Shown in pieces: positions 11,794 through 24,785 of a DNA stretch of 64,000 bases. Positions within the stretch are counted from its first letter, which is position 1. Every line of letters begins with the position of its first letter. The stretch is taken from the NCBI GenBank assembly GCA_030295235.1, contig AP026126.1, positions 1,860,001 through 1,924,000 on the forward strand, written 5' to 3'. The stretch is from Fistulifera solaris. Lineage: Eukaryota. A program made the position numbers and the translations under genes. Under the pieces are notes generated by a model, which was not told the origin of the DNA, made no database searches, and worked only from the letters and a program-made list of their open reading frames with translations.

Positions 11794-12900
11794 ATGATCA
11801 AGAATCCTTACGCAAAACGCAAACCCCCGCCGCAGTCGTCGTCCGAGACACCAGAAGCAACGAAACCATTGGCCTCGATCGCCCCACCCGCAATCGTACG
11901 ACACCACAACAATACAACCTCAACCACCAATGGCGCCACAACATTCTCACAAGCATTTGAAGCCGTCGAAGACACGATACATTATCAAAATCAATGCACC
12001 GAAATTAGTGTACAGCAACAGCAACAACAAGCCGAACGGGCGCAGCAACGAGCGCTCGAACACGAATCGGCTCTCACCGATCGCGATCATCACGTCTTTT
12101 TACAACCACAATTGCGGCTCTGTGTTTCGACACGACAACGTGGCAACGGAATTTTACAACATATCCGGAATGTCCCGTATTCTTTTGAAACTATGGTTCC
12201 CGATTACATTATGGGGACACAACGATGTGCCTTGTTTTTGAGTTGCAAGTATCATAGTTTGCATCCAACCTACATTGAGCATCGAACGGCGGAATTAAAA
12301 CAAGATTTTGCTTTGCGCGTCTTACTAGTCTTGGTGGATGACAACGATGCATCGAAAACACTACAATTTTTGAATGCTTTTTGTGCGCGCCAACGATTGA
12401 CCATGATTCTGGCGTGGAGTGAAGAAGAAGCGGCGCGGTATTTAGAAACCTTTCAGGCAATGGATGGAAAAGACGCTTCTTTGATACAAAAACGAAAAGA
12501 TACGAATGCCTTTGGTGATCAAGTAGCTGATTTTCTTAGCAAAGCTAGTGTCAACAAGACCGATGCGGCACAACTCATGGCACAGTTCTCCAATGTGCGG
12601 GCTATCGGTCAAGCGTCCATGGACGAACTAGCTACTGTCAGTGGTATGGGACATGTCAAAGTAAAGAGACTATGGGATGCCTTCCATAAACCCTTTTCTT
12701 CAGAAGCAGCGGCAAAAAGACGAAAGGCATTGTTGGAATCATCAGCGGCGAAAGGAGACGATGCTGCTCTCAATACTGAAGAATCTACTGATAAGAACCC
12801 TAAAGATGACGACGGTATGGAGCCTGGTAGCAGCACTGTCGAAGAAGTTGCGGATGCAGTAGAAAAAGATGATTTAAATCATGAGTCATCAAATCTGTAA
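11794..12900 (+). CDS. ERCC1: DNA excision repair protein ERCC1/Rad10
   Basis: RQRGNGILQHIRNVP, PDYIMG, LFLSCKYHSLHPTYI, LAWSEEEAARYLETF and C-terminal HhH (VNKTDA...GMGHVKVKRL). Confidence 0.93.
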   Translation: MIKNPYAKRKPPPQSSSETPEATKPLASIAPPAIVRHHNNTTSTTNGATTFSQAFEAVEDTIHYQNQCTEISVQQQQQQAERAQQRALEHESALTDRDHHVFLQPQLRLCVSTRQRGNGILQHIRNVPYSFETMVPDYIMGTQRCALFLSCKYHSLHPTYIEHRTAELKQDFALRVLLVLVDDNDASKTLQFLNAFCARQRLTMILAWSEEEAARYLETFQAMDGKDASLIQKRKDTNAFGDQVADFLSKASVNKTDAAQLMAQFSNVRAIGQASMDELATVSGMGHVKVKRLWDAFHKPFSSEAAAKRRKALLESSAAKGDDAALNTEESTDKNPKDDDGMEPGSSTVEEVADAVEKDDLNHESSNL

Positions 12901-12913
12901 TCTACATCACTTG

Positions 12914-14086
12914 CTATAAGTTATAATCAATGGGATTGTTACTACTTTCTCCCTGGGCGGCAACCGTCAAAATACTATGAAGTAAAGCCAAAATACGAAC
13001 CGATGCACCTTGCCGTTGGAGACTTTCTCGAAGCTCAACTGAGGCCTCTCGGTAATTTACGTCGCGGAAAGCATCAAAGAGAGCAGCGTTGCAGTAAAGT
13101 AGGGTTTCACCAAATACGGACATTTCAGTTCGATAATCGTGTACTGTAATACTGTGAACTTGTCCACTCAAAATGGTATAGAACTTTTCATCAAAATGCA
13201 TTTCGTATTCCCACTGCTTCATCCCGTGCCAAGTCGTTCCAAAATCGTCCCACCAACAAATAGACCCACGAAAAATCCGTTCTTCAGCATCGAATGTAAC
13301 ATTGCGAAACGGAACTCGACTAGGCAGGGCTATTCCACTATCTAACGTCCCCCAGATGGCGGTAGTTGTGTGTTCATAGGATATATAACATTCATCTTTC
13401 GACACGAAATGATACGAAGCCAACCCGACTATCTTGGCTTGACAAAAGGTATTTCCAAAAAGAGTATTGCTGAGATAGGTAGGAGGCGTTCGTGGAATTG
13501 TTAACATTGCTATTTCTTCGGATGCCCGATAGATGCAACCGACAATCGATTTATCGGCCGCCGAAGCTCGATGAATGGTTCTCCAATCACACGCGAATGT
13601 CAACGTTAAGGGACCAGCCCCATTCTCATCCTCCAAACGCATGGTTCTGGACGGATTATGCCATTGAAACTTGACAGTTTGGCGCGTTGTACTCCCATAA
13701 GTAATTACAGCCCCACTTTCATCGAAAAGGATGCGAGCCGGAAGGCGATTATGCATCACGCTCGTTCCATTGTGAAGGTTCGCTACATCTTGCAACAAAT
13801 AGGTCAAGCCCATTAACGGAGTCATTTCCGAAAGATCCGGATTATACGGATACAGAGGTTTTTCTTCCTGTTGCAAATCAAATAACGAAGTAGATTGTCG
13901 ACACATGGGACACAATCCTTGTGTCGGAATCGCCGTAGCTAGTAAAACACGTTCTAAACATGGTCGACAAAAGGCGTGTCCGCAAGGACCTTGTACGGCG
14001 GTGTGCGAAAGATCGTGCCAGCAAATGGGACAGGAATTGGTTTCTGTATTCATTATTACGTTGTCATTCTTGCTGAAACGAAACAA
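12914..14086 (-). CDS. RING-finger (C3HC4) protein
   Basis: CPIC...PCGHAFCRPC...CPMCR at the N-terminus; C-terminal region unassigned. Confidence 0.8.
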   Translation of the reverse strand: MFRFSKNDNVIMNTETNSCPICWHDLSHTAVQGPCGHAFCRPCLERVLLATAIPTQGLCPMCRQSTSLFDLQQEEKPLYPYNPDLSEMTPLMGLTYLLQDVANLHNGTSVMHNRLPARILFDESGAVITYGSTTRQTVKFQWHNPSRTMRLEDENGAGPLTLTFACDWRTIHRASAADKSIVGCIYRASEEIAMLTIPRTPPTYLSNTLFGNTFCQAKIVGLASYHFVSKDECYISYEHTTTAIWGTLDSGIALPSRVPFRNVTFDAEERIFRGSICWWDDFGTTWHGMKQWEYEMHFDEKFYTILSGQVHSITVHDYRTEMSVFGETLLYCNAALFDAFRDVNYREASVELRESLQRQGASVRILALLHSILTVAAQGESSNNPIDYNL

Positions 14087-14379
14087 AGAGTAATGATAAT
14101 GATTAGATAGTATATTGTCGTTTCCTCGCGAACAATCGAAGAAGAATGCGATGATGATGTGTTTCTCATCAAGTTTTGCTGTTCCTTGTCACCAAGTGAA
14201 TTAAGGTTCTAGATTTAGGACGTTCATCATTCGCATTACGACAGCATTTAAATTACTCCGTACTACGTAAATTATTTAGCAAATCAAGTTCCCACCTGAG
14301 GAGTCGTGTTTCCGTCGGTTCGGAAGCAAAAAATTCTCGAAGCTTTTTAACTTTATCGCTCACAACATTAAACGCAACC

Positions 14380-15173
14380 ATGAACGAATCATCTTCATCA
14401 ACTGTTCCTTCTCCAGTACTTTGCATACTATTTTCCTCAGGAGGAACTGCTGATGTGGGTCGACATGCCGTACAAGCCGCTATAGAAAAGTACGACGGAC
14501 CGATTCGCGTTTTGACGAAAGATCCTCAAGTACTACAACAAACCAATTGGAATTGTGCTTGTCCCGAACCGCACCAAGTCGATTTGCAACGATTGGATGT
14601 ACGAGCCGTGGATGTCAGCAAAGACGATCTCAAAGAGCATTTGAAAGATGCCGGAATTGTGATCAGTGCATTGGGAAATCGACAACCGTTTCACGGAGAT
14701 TGTGTCGCACAGGCAGGGACACGGAACTTGGTCAATGCCATGCTGCATCACAATATTTCTCGTCTGATCATGATCACATCTGCTGGTTGTAATGAAGACT
14801 TTCCGCCTATGGAGTTCCATTGGACTGGAACGATCTTGCGATGCCTCTTTCGATGGGTGTCGCGTAGAGAATATCGTGACTTGTGTTTGGCGGAAGATGA
14901 ATTGCGCAATCACGAGCAGTCGGATCGATTGGACTATTTGATCGTCCGACCCGTCGGTCTAAGTGAAGAACGGCCCCCGTTCATGCGTGGGTGATTCAAA
15001 AACAAAAACATGAAGATAAGTTAGGACCTGACATGTCCAAAATGGACTGCGCCCGCTTCTGTCTTCAAGAGGCTTTGCAACCAACATTTCATCGACAGGC
15101 TGTAGTGATAGGAAGTGATCCAGAGACATTCGTGTTTAATCCGAATAAGAGTGTCAAGAGTAATAGGGAGTAG
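14380..15173 (+). CDS. NAD(P)H-binding protein (flavin/biliverdin reductase-like atypical SDR), frameshift near 14975
   Basis: GGTADVG Rossmann start, VISALG, DYLIVRPVGL; continuation MSKMDCARF in ORF 14991-15173. Confidence 0.75.
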
Positions 15174-15662
15174 TTGATCTAAGGAAAGTTTTCTTCACGC
15201 TCAAAACTGTGCACGAAATGGCCAGCGAAGTCATCGAACATTTCTCAGAGAAGGTAATACTCTAAGCTCAAGCTCATTACTTTCCAAAATTTCACGACTT
15301 GTGCGTAATTTCTCGTATTTCATCATGCAACGAAAATATATACGATTCCCGGGATTCATTAGTTGTTAAGTCGTGACATGCCACCCCTACTTTTGACGAG
15401 ATAGTTGAGTTCCTCAGCATTCGTTTTGCAGAACGCGTACTGTACCAGTACCAGAACAACAAGCGACACATCACAAAAGTCTATCATCATTCTCATTCGA
15501 TCATACAATAATAGGAAAGAAAGCGTCGTAGTTCATTTATCTCTCGATGCGTCGTCGCAAAATACCGCGCCGTCAGTCTGTATGATCGTTTGAAGTCCTG
15601 ATTAGCCGCAACGTTCATTGGTTCATTGGGGACACCGAGTCAGATAGGGCCTCCGGCAGCCA

Positions 15663-15698
15663 CTTCCTTCCTTCCTTCCTTCCTTCCTTACTTCCTTC
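15663..15698. repeat. (CTTC)n microsatellite
   Basis: About 9 near-perfect CTTC units upstream of the ORF at 15751. Confidence 0.9.
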
Positions 15699-15750
15699 CA
15701 TCATTATTCTTTTCAAATAACAAGGAAAACTCTGCGTAGCAGCGACACGA

Positions 15751-16957
15751 ATGACTGACGCCGTCCAGCACAATCAGGAGCGCTTAGCAAAACTTCTCAA
15801 AGACTACGACAAATCCAAGCCAGTTGTGGTGACAGGCGTCGATGGTTATTTGGCGGGTGTCTTGGTGCAACAATTGCTGTCACATGGCTTTGTCGTTCAC
15901 GGAACACACATTCAACCTCTTGCATCGAATCTCAACTACTTAACAAGTCTTCCTCACGCCGAGCATAAACTCAAACTTTATCGAGCGAACTTGTTGGATA
16001 TAGGCAGTTTCGATGAGGCCTTTCACGGTTGTGAAGTTGCCTTCCACACAGCTTCACCGTTCTTATTGCAGCACGGACTGGATGTCGAGCGGCAACTGGT
16101 CCAGCTCGGCCGTCGAAGGGACCAGGAATGTACTTCAAACGTGCAATCGAACACCGACCCTTCGTCGAGTTGTTTTGACGTCGTCCGTAGGAGCTATATT
16201 CGCTGATGCGGCCGATTGTGCCATTTCTCCTGTGGACGAGACCACTTGGAATCGTACGAGCACGCTAACCCATCAACCTTACTTTTACAGTAAAACACTA
16301 GCTGAACAAGAAGCTTGGATTCTTGCGGGCAGTCAGACACAGTGGACGCTGGTTGTAATGAATCCGGCCATGATTTTAGGACCGGGGCTGCGTTATTTTC
16401 CGAACAGTGAATCCTTCAAAACAATATACAAGTGCGGGAGTGGTCACTGGTTGACTTGGTTTGGAAGTCCGACGTTTGCCATGCCCGCAGTTGATATTCG
16501 TGATGTAGTGACTGCGCATATCATTGCCGGATTGGACAAGGCTGTAACGGGCCGACATATTCTTTGTTCGAGCAACAGTTCACTTCCGGAATTTTGTCGA
16601 ATCCTTTCACGTATCTTTCCGAATTATCCCATTCCTCGCATTCCGGCTCCGATTCCTATTTTCGCCTTGGCTCTGGTGGCTCCCTTGCTACGACAAGGAA
16701 TTGACCGCAAAGCTGTTTGGCGCAATTGCAATTGTCGGACGCAACTCGACTCCACAAAATCGACTAAGGGTGCATTGAATATGCGTTACCGCCCTCTGGA
16801 GGTTTCTTTACGAGATATGTATCAGCAAATGATTGACGCGGGTGCTGTTCAGCCTGGTTTACCACCCGAACTATACGGTCTCTCGATTGCACTCCTGGCT
16901 TGTTTCGTGATGTCATCTCCACTCATTCAATATTATCAATCGAGTCGTTCCAGCTGA
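15751..16957 (+). CDS. Extended SDR, cinnamoyl-CoA/dihydroflavonol reductase-like; frameshift near 16100
   Basis: VVVTGVDGYLA, FHTASPF, VVLTSS, YFYSK (YxxxK), VDIRDV; C-terminal hydrophobic segment. Confidence 0.85.
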
Positions 16958-17052
16958 TACTGCTTCGAAAGACCCTTTTCGTTTTCTACGATTTTCTTAG
17001 ACTAAAATATAAATAATTGCATCACTATAGCTAGCAATTGGCTTGTTCTCTA

Positions 17053-18225
17053 TTATCTTACCTTTTGTAATTGACCCATTTTTGTTCGCAGACTTTCCGG
17101 CCAATCCAGTTTTGTTTTCAAAAGATCATCATTTCGATATTCACTGCAATCCAAAAGAACCGGATGATCATCGATGCTGTACGCAAGGCGCAGAGCTTCA
17201 TCTTCCTTTTCTTTTGCATTGTTGACTTTACTCAAGACTTGCTGGACCTTGCCGAGTCGACTACAGGCATTCTGTAGTTGTTCCTCAGCTGGACTACGCT
17301 CTCCCGCACTCCAATACAAAGCCGCTAAAGCCATATTCGCTTCACTTTCCTTCGCCAAAACCCGCTGCACCATTTCAGAGTCCCGCCCTTCAACGACACC
17401 TTTATCAAATTTCACAGCCAAAACGGTCTTTAACAAATTGCTATTGCTCGTATCCAAAGCCGCATCGACCCAGGAAATGGAAGAATGAGCCTTATCACCA
17501 ATTTCATCAAATGCTTCGGCCGCCAGCTGATGGATTTCCGCGGCTTTGTTATAATCTTCCGCCACGCGGAGTACCAAAGCCCATTCCCAAGCGGCATACG
17601 GATTCCGTCGAATCCCGTCGAGTATTAATTCTTCGTCCGTATCCCAATCCTCTTGTCGTCCCGTGAGTTGCAGTCCCAATTGATAGTCTTTTGCAATGTT
17701 CATGGCCGTTTTCGAATCACCGGGACGAAGCATACTCTTATTGGCCCGGGCACGCCCCAACAAGGCAACCGCCAATTCATCTTGCCCATTTGATTTTTGA
17801 ATCAATTGCACGGCTTGATCGTAATCCGCCGCGGCGGCGGAAGCATCCGCGAGTGCAAAATGGCAATCTCCTCGCACGCGATACAATCCGGCAACTTCTT
17901 CGGGCGCCTGTCCCTGCCATCGTTCGATAACGGCATTCAACAATTCGAGTGATTTCGGTAAATCGCGATTCATGCCGTAAAATTCGGCAAAGGCTTGTCG
18001 CAACAATTGTATATCCGCCGATGAAGGCGGTGCAGGAGCTGCCGCGATCCATGTGGATATGCCTTGTTGCAACGGAGAGGCAGTGGCAGTACGGGAAGAA
18101 GATGCGGGGAATAGGAGTGAGGACGAATGCGTCAGCGGCGGTAGTGGTAGGATTGTCAGACTTGTTGCAATGTAATTCGTCAGCCATAATGCTGCGGTAC
18201 ATCCCGCGAGTAGTAGTAATCTCAT
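17053..18225 (-). CDS. TPR-like helical-repeat protein with N-terminal signal peptide (possibly plastid-targeted)
   Basis: Hydrophobic leader, S/T-rich transit-like segment, TPR-like YRVRGDCHFAL...AAADYDQAV. Confidence 0.65.
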   Translation of the reverse strand: MRLLLLAGCTAALWLTNYIATSLTILPLPPLTHSSSLLFPASSSRTATASPLQQGISTWIAAAPAPPSSADIQLLRQAFAEFYGMNRDLPKSLELLNAVIERWQGQAPEEVAGLYRVRGDCHFALADASAAAADYDQAVQLIQKSNGQDELAVALLGRARANKSMLRPGDSKTAMNIAKDYQLGLQLTGRQEDWDTDEELILDGIRRNPYAAWEWALVLRVAEDYNKAAEIHQLAAEAFDEIGDKAHSSISWVDAALDTSNSNLLKTVLAVKFDKGVVEGRDSEMVQRVLAKESEANMALAALYWSAGERSPAEEQLQNACSRLGKVQQVLSKVNNAKEKEDEALRLAYSIDDHPVLLDCSEYRNDDLLKTKLDWPESLRTKMGQLQKVR

Positions 18226-18749
18226 TGCTGTGCAAACAGCTCAGCAAAAAAAGCTTTTGTTATGATAATTCTAACCTAATACACGGATCTTATAAAATGG
18301 GCACCAACAAGTCCGATGATGCGCAACGTCTTATTTTGTGCTTTTTTTTATGCGGACGCGCACCTGTTGCGATTTCATCGCGATCCTGCGGCTCATGACT
18401 CAGGAGAGAAAATCAGTCGTTATTTCGTTGAACACTTTCGCCTACAGTAAATGCGGAAAAGAACGATCCGCAAGTAATTTCGACATCAAGGATCATGGCC
18501 TGCCTCGCAAATGTTGCTTAAGGAGAAATAAAATCGTTTTAGAAATAAATTGTGTTCACCAGGATAGCACAGTACGAAAGATGATGGTACAAGTAAGGAA
18601 GCAGTTTCGTTCTCGTTCGAACCAATTCGATTCATGACTGAAAACCAGTCTTGGTATCGCGGCGTCTACATCTCGGACCTATAGTAACTACGGAAGAGGT
18701 GTGTTTGAAAAGGAAATAATAAAACAGAATAAGCGCGCGAGACGCTGAC

Positions 18750-20147
18750 ATGATTCAATTTCATCACTACCAGTACTGTGTACCAGGTATTATTCGTCGC
18801 CCTTCTTCTACTCCTAATTTCATAACAATGGAATCCTGCTCCGTCACAAGAAAGATAGATGCACTCCATAACTGGCTGCATTCCACCGGCGTCGCCTTGC
18901 GATCACGCCGCGACTTTGTCGACGCTTACTGTCTCCAGCTGCGCTCACTCGAAATTCCAATAGACCGCTTTTGGATGTCAGCCGTCGTTCTTCATCCTCT
19001 GACTGCCGCGCATGCAGTTAAATGGGAAGCCGAAGGGGGTCGTATCACCGAACGAAGTTGGTCGCGTGATCATTTTATTCGATTCGTTACAGACCCAGCC
19101 AACAATCAAGAAGCAGCTGCTTCACGGTCGCCCATGTATCAACTTATGATGGGAGTGACGTCCGTCACTATCAAAGACACAGATTCTGATATACCACCCG
19201 ATTGCGACTGGATGATACCGGAAGGATATACGGAATTGTTTGCCTTACCACCACCGGGAAAACTCGGCGCTTGGTCACTCGAATCGGGGGTTCAACCCGG
19301 GAAATTGGAAGGAGGCTTTACTTGGTCAACAAAACAACCTGGAGGATTTACCGAGCAAGATAAAAAAATTCTCATTCGAACGGTGGGGGCATTGAGTACG
19401 GTTACGCGTCTTTACATTGCTTTGGAAAACAGTAAGTCGTTGCTGCAAGCCTATTTGGGAGAGGATGCCGGTTCTCGCGTTCATCGAGGCGAAATCGAAC
19501 GAGGAGAAGGATTGACGATACGAAGTGTTGTGTGGTTTAGTGACGTTCGTGGCTTCACACAAATGTCGTGTGAATTGTCACGCACGGAATTGATCGATGT
19601 ACTGAATAGCGTCTTCGAATTGACGCACAAAATTGTACAAAAACACGGGGGACAAATACTGAAACTGATTGGCGATGGATGCATGGCCATTTTCTCTCAT
19701 TCGTCGAAAGGATTTCAACGATTTTCATTTTCTTCGGATGACAAAATAGAAATTGATGATGAACAGGGTGCTCGCGTATGTGCAAGTGCACGCATGGCCG
19801 CCACCGAACTCCAAAATGAATTGACTCGGTTGAAACTGGAAAGAGAGAGACGTGGGTTAAGAGGCGCGAATGTTGGTGTGGGGCTCCATTATGGTGATGT
19901 TAGCTACGGGAATGTCGGTGCCGCTGACCGACTCGATTTTACCGTGTTAGGACCTTGTGTGAACTTAGCCAGTCGCACAGAAGGAATGTGTTCCAAGCTC
20001 GATGCCAAAGTGTTGGCAACGGGACAGTTTGTTCAATTAGATCGGGAGCCGGACGCTTGGAAGTGCAGAGGTGATTACGAACTTAAAGGGGTTAGTTGCC
20101 CCACGACAATATATGAATTGATGGAGGACGAAAACAGTGCACAATGA
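18750..20147 (+). CDS. Class III adenylate cyclase with N-terminal GAF-like region (probable start 18828)
   Basis: WFSDVRGFT, KLIGDG, GLHYGDVSYGNVG and DFTVLGPCVNLASR; K/D specificity residues indicate ATP. Confidence 0.9.
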   Translation: MIQFHHYQYCVPGIIRRPSSTPNFITMESCSVTRKIDALHNWLHSTGVALRSRRDFVDAYCLQLRSLEIPIDRFWMSAVVLHPLTAAHAVKWEAEGGRITERSWSRDHFIRFVTDPANNQEAAASRSPMYQLMMGVTSVTIKDTDSDIPPDCDWMIPEGYTELFALPPPGKLGAWSLESGVQPGKLEGGFTWSTKQPGGFTEQDKKILIRTVGALSTVTRLYIALENSKSLLQAYLGEDAGSRVHRGEIERGEGLTIRSVVWFSDVRGFTQMSCELSRTELIDVLNSVFELTHKIVQKHGGQILKLIGDGCMAIFSHSSKGFQRFSFSSDDKIEIDDEQGARVCASARMAATELQNELTRLKLERERRGLRGANVGVGLHYGDVSYGNVGAADRLDFTVLGPCVNLASRTEGMCSKLDAKVLATGQFVQLDREPDAWKCRGDYELKGVSCPTTIYELMEDENSAQ

Positions 20148-20605
20148 GATCACCATCATTCCGTCATTGGTCATTGTAGATGCTGATTGCTGTCATGGCA
20201 AATGAATGCTAATGTGATCATTGCGGCGAACATACTCATCAGGATGCATTCATTTTTGAAAAAAATAGGTTTCATCTAAGTTTTTCTACGTCCAAAAGGT
20301 ATGATTGTACGTTGTACATGCACTTTAGTATAGCCGTGTTTTACTTCTATCAGCAAACCAGAAGCCAGCCCGAGGCTTCATCTCGTACGCTGTGAGACTG
20401 CGAGACACGACTCGAAACTCGAAACGCACGTTCTTCGAATTCGGCAATCAATACTCCGACGATCTCCGCCTTGTTTCTTCGGCGATCAGAACGAGCGTCT
20501 TTCTACGAATGTCAATTGAATCGAATTGAGAACACAAAAAGTAATCGACCAAGATTGCCGAGGAATTCATACTCATTTATCCGCTGAAACTGTAAGCGCA
20601 TCATC

Positions 20606-22718
20606 ATGTCAATAACTCGTCAGTCACACGACAATGGCGACCCGCATGATTTGCGATCGAATTCTCCCGCCGTTTCCGAAATCTCACAACTTGAAGGTTT
20701 GTCAGTAGCGTCCCAGAGTTCTACTCCCATGAGCGACGATGAAAGTCCCGACGAGACGTCCTTCGAAAAAGTCGGAAACGGAGCAGAATTAAGGCAGGAA
20801 GATGCTGTTTCATCGAAAGACAAAACTCGAGAGAGGAGGAAATTATTTGATTTTAAAATCAAACGGAGACATCTCGTGGCGCTTCTCTTTCTGGTAATCA
20901 GTTGGAAGGGCAAAGACTCGGTCGAGCAGTTCAACGTGGACGAATTTCTCAATCAAACCATCTTTCAAAATTTGAATGAAACCATGTTTCCGTTGTCGAA
21001 TTATTTGGATCAAGAGAAGAAACGCCCTGGCTATCAACTTACACTAAAGGGTGCAAGAGCAAAGTATCCAGTCGTCATGATCCCTGGGTTCGTTACTTCG
21101 GGATTGGAGGTCTGGCAGAGTAAGGAATGCGGTAAAAAGTTCTTTCGGCAAAGGTTGTGGACGGCCATTACCGCTGCTCGGAGCTTCATTCTTGACAAAG
21201 AATGTTGGGGTCAGCATATGATGCTCGACCCGGTGACTGGAGGTGATCCGGAAGGAATCAGCTTGCGAGCGGCTCAAGGATTTGAGGCGGCTGATTACTT
21301 TGTCGGGAATTATTGGGTATGGGGAAAGCTAATTGTCAACTTGGGTGACATCGGATATAATCCTTCCATAATGTCCATGGAGCCTTACGATTGGCGACTT
21401 TCGTTTCAAATGGTTGAAAAGAGAGATGGTTACTTGACAAAGCTCAAGTCGAAAATTGAAGCCATGCATAAGACGACAGGGATGAAAGTCGTTCTAGCGA
21501 CGCATTCAATGGGAGCCATGTTGGTACATTATTTTTTTGCTTGGGTCACCACGCCGGAGCAACATGGCGGTGGCGGAGGCGGCAAAGACTGGGTAGACAA
21601 GCACGTGCATACTTATGTGAATATTGCAGGCTCCCACCTTGGTGTTCCCAAAGCGGCCAGTGCACTTTTCTCAGGTGAGATGAGCGATACAGTCTTGACA
21701 GGAATGATGGCGAATGTGGTGGAAAATTTCTTTAGTCGACGTCGTAGAAGAGATCTGTGGACAACTTGGGGGTCGCTTTGGGCGATGCTTCCAAAAGGAG
21801 GGGATCGTCTGTGGGGAGTTGGTGCCGATTTGTGTTCAAATCGCTCTCAAGACGACCCGTTCTGTCCAGAAAACTCGTCGATTTCTCCGATGTTTCACAT
21901 CAAACAACTGAATCGGTCGAGTACCGAGGCTCAGGCAGCCGATTTAACGTCTGATACAAGCCCAAGGACAGAGCTGGAACTGCTTGCAGCTAATTTTGCT
22001 CAACAAGAGTCTCACACAGCGGAGGAAATCAACTCGTTCCTAATCAAATACGGAGCGGGCCGCGGATCTGACACATCAGCCTACCGGGATTTTGCGCTGA
22101 ATATCCAAGGAAGAAAATCATCTCAAAGTTGGCATGATGTAACGATTACTCCTCTCCCCCATGCTCCAACTATGAAAATATTTTGTCTATACGGGATCGG
22201 TAACCCAACTGAAAGAGCTTACCACTACCAGGAGTGGAGCAACGACAACGAAGAAGGAATGGAGACCCCGCACCCATCGGCTGTTCTCGATGTCACCTTT
22301 AATGACGAAGCTCTAAATACGACTTTTGGCACCAGGTTTGTTGACGGTGATGGGTCTGTTCCTCTATTATCACTTGGTTACATATGTGCTGATGCCTGGC
22401 GAAGGCCGGAGACGAAGCTAAATCCGTCGCGCTCGAAGGTCGTTACCCGGGAGTATGCCCACGCAAGTGGAATTTCGAGTAGACGACCCTATGCGCGGTG
22501 GACCCGAGTCTTCGGATCATGTTGATATTCTTGGTAATGACCACATGACTTATGATTTTCTTCGTATTGTGTCTGACTTTGAACAAGAAGAAGTGGAAGA
22601 AGATCATATCACGAGCGATATCATGGAGATTGCGCAACGGATCAACGAAAGTCCGTTGGGGGGTGTTCGAAGAGAACCTGATAAGTTGGAAAACTGGAAA
22701 ACATTCCTCAATCTCTGA
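20606..22718 (+). CDS. PDAT: Phospholipid:diacylglycerol acyltransferase (LCAT family), frameshift near 22460
   Basis: PVVMIPGFVTSGLEVW, YDWRLS, THSMG nucleophile elbow, DGDGSVPLLSLG and DHVDILGN; N-terminal TM helix. Confidence 0.9.
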
Positions 22719-22758
22719 AGAATGACGTAGGATATGTTGTGCATACTTTAGATACAAA

Positions 22759-24307
22759 TTAACCACTTTCAAGACCGAGTTTACGATCGTGCTCCTTGCG
22801 CCGCTTGTGGGACTTTCTATGCTTGGATTCCTGATGCTTACTTCTTTTCTTGTCGTCCAGGACTTCGTATTCATCTATCCTACGTCCATCTCCTCCAACA
22901 AGTCCTTCTTCTTCCTCTCGCAGAGCAAGATCCATATGTCGTCTGCACTTAAACTTCGTTTGCATCCAGTCACTTCCTGCCTTTTCGTCGTCACTTTCCA
23001 GGATTTGACCATGGTATGACGGGACGGCGTCCTTTGCTGAAAGCTGATTGCTGTCTGCGATTCGTCGAGCCATACGAGAAGCCAGAGATGAATCAGCGAC
23101 CTCCGATTTGGAAGTGTGTTCTGTCTTTTTGCTGCTTTGCATTTTGCTCCGGAACGCGAACAATTTTTCTATCGTTTCATTTTCTCTCTCCTTCTTACTC
23201 TTGCGCCCTTTTGCATACTTTGCGCGTCTACTTTCCAAAAGACTTTCCTCCTTGTGACTCGTATCCATTACACGACTCCTCTTGGCGTTGCCTTCAATAG
23301 AGCTGGAGTCTCGATTAGTGGACTGTATCCTTTGTGCGACTCGTTCATTTGACACTTCTTTGACCGAGAACTCCTCTTCTCTCCTCCCATGAACATCGCC
23401 CACATCTGCAAGTTGACCAGGTTCGTAATTATCCTCCAATGAAGGCATTGCAACTATTGGTTTTTCTTTTTGAATAGGAGCCTCTTTTTCTGTTTTCCTA
23501 GCCAATGACTCTTTCACTGCCACATCTACGTTCTTACTCAACTTTTTGCTTTCCAAAACATCGTGACTACTCTTCATCCCCACGGTAGTCAGTTCCATTT
23601 CCTCTTCCATTTCGTCCCCAAATGAAAGAACATTTATGTCTCTTTTTCCTTTGCGTTTCCTTTTTTCTTTTCGACGGATCTTTTTCCTCTTTGACGAGCC
23701 AGGGCACAACCGTTTGAGGAGCGAGCGACGTATGAACTGGATTTTCAACTATTTTGACAGACGTCACCCGAGGAGCGTAGGTCAAATCTCCCGCCGGTGC
23801 GTTTTCTTCTACATCCGTCTGTCCAATGCGAATCGCATTGAATAAAGTCGGTCCCACGACAGTCCCAAAGAGAACATGCTTTCCATCCAAGTGAGACGTC
23901 TCATCGAGCGTGATGAAAAACTGCGGATGTATTTCTTCATCCTCGTCATCGTCGACACCCAAAGCCATCGCAACTTGTCCTCTATGATTGAAATGTAAAC
24001 GAGAATGCACTTCATATTTTCTTCGTTCCCAGGCTCGATTGGCTTGTACGGCCGATCTATATTTCTCCATAGCGTTCGGCTGGACCTCGACGGGAGGCTG
24101 ACGCAGCGCTCCTGTTTGAATGAGAAACGACGGAATGATTCGATGAAAGACCATATTATCGTAGAATCCATCCATGCAGAGCTGCAGGAAGAATCGTGTG
24201 GTTTCCGGACATTCTCGACACCACAATTGAATGTCGATCGGGCCGTGTGTTGTTTCAAAAATGACGCGACCCGAAGTCGCAGGCTCTGTGGCGTAAACAC
24301 TGCTCAT
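22759..24307 (-). CDS. CWC27: Spliceosome-associated cyclophilin CWC27, frameshift near 23650-23700
   Basis: MSSVYATEPATSGRVIFETTHGPIDIQLW...FHRIIPSFLIQTG...QFFITL...GKHVLFG; long charged C-terminus with NVLSFGDE and ERENETIEKLFAF. Confidence 0.88.
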
Positions 24308-24785
24308 GTTAACAACCGCGTAGCAGTCTGCAGATGATGAAGAATACTACAATGGAGAACTGATGAAAGAAGGAGGGAAACACAAGCATTCAATCCCCTT
24401 TGTTGCAAATTGCTTTGTTGTCGATGAATTTTTCATAGTCTCATATCTCATCAGTACTGCAGACGTTTCGTTTGAACCACGTAGGGTTCAGGGTTCAGGT
24501 TGAAAAGTTTGAGCCAACCAAAAACAGATGCTTACATTTCCCGTCAGAGTAATCTGTGTTACCCAATCAGAATCGTCCGTGCTGTTCTTCGGGAAGATTT
24601 TTGGTACACCATGCGTTGAGATTATAGAGATAGCGGGAGGAAAAGGGAGCAATTTTGATGTCCGCGATGTTTTTCTCGTCGTTGTTGCGTTGCTTGACAC
24701 TGGGCTCTTAAAGATAAAAAAGAAAAAGCCGGCTCACCCTTCTGTGAATGTGATTCTATCGATTAATACTTCATTACGATAAACG

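Noticed and set aside
14380..16957. Metabolic gene cluster from two adjacent Rossmann-fold reductases
   Set aside because: Different SDR subgroups and no scaffold-forming enzyme nearby.
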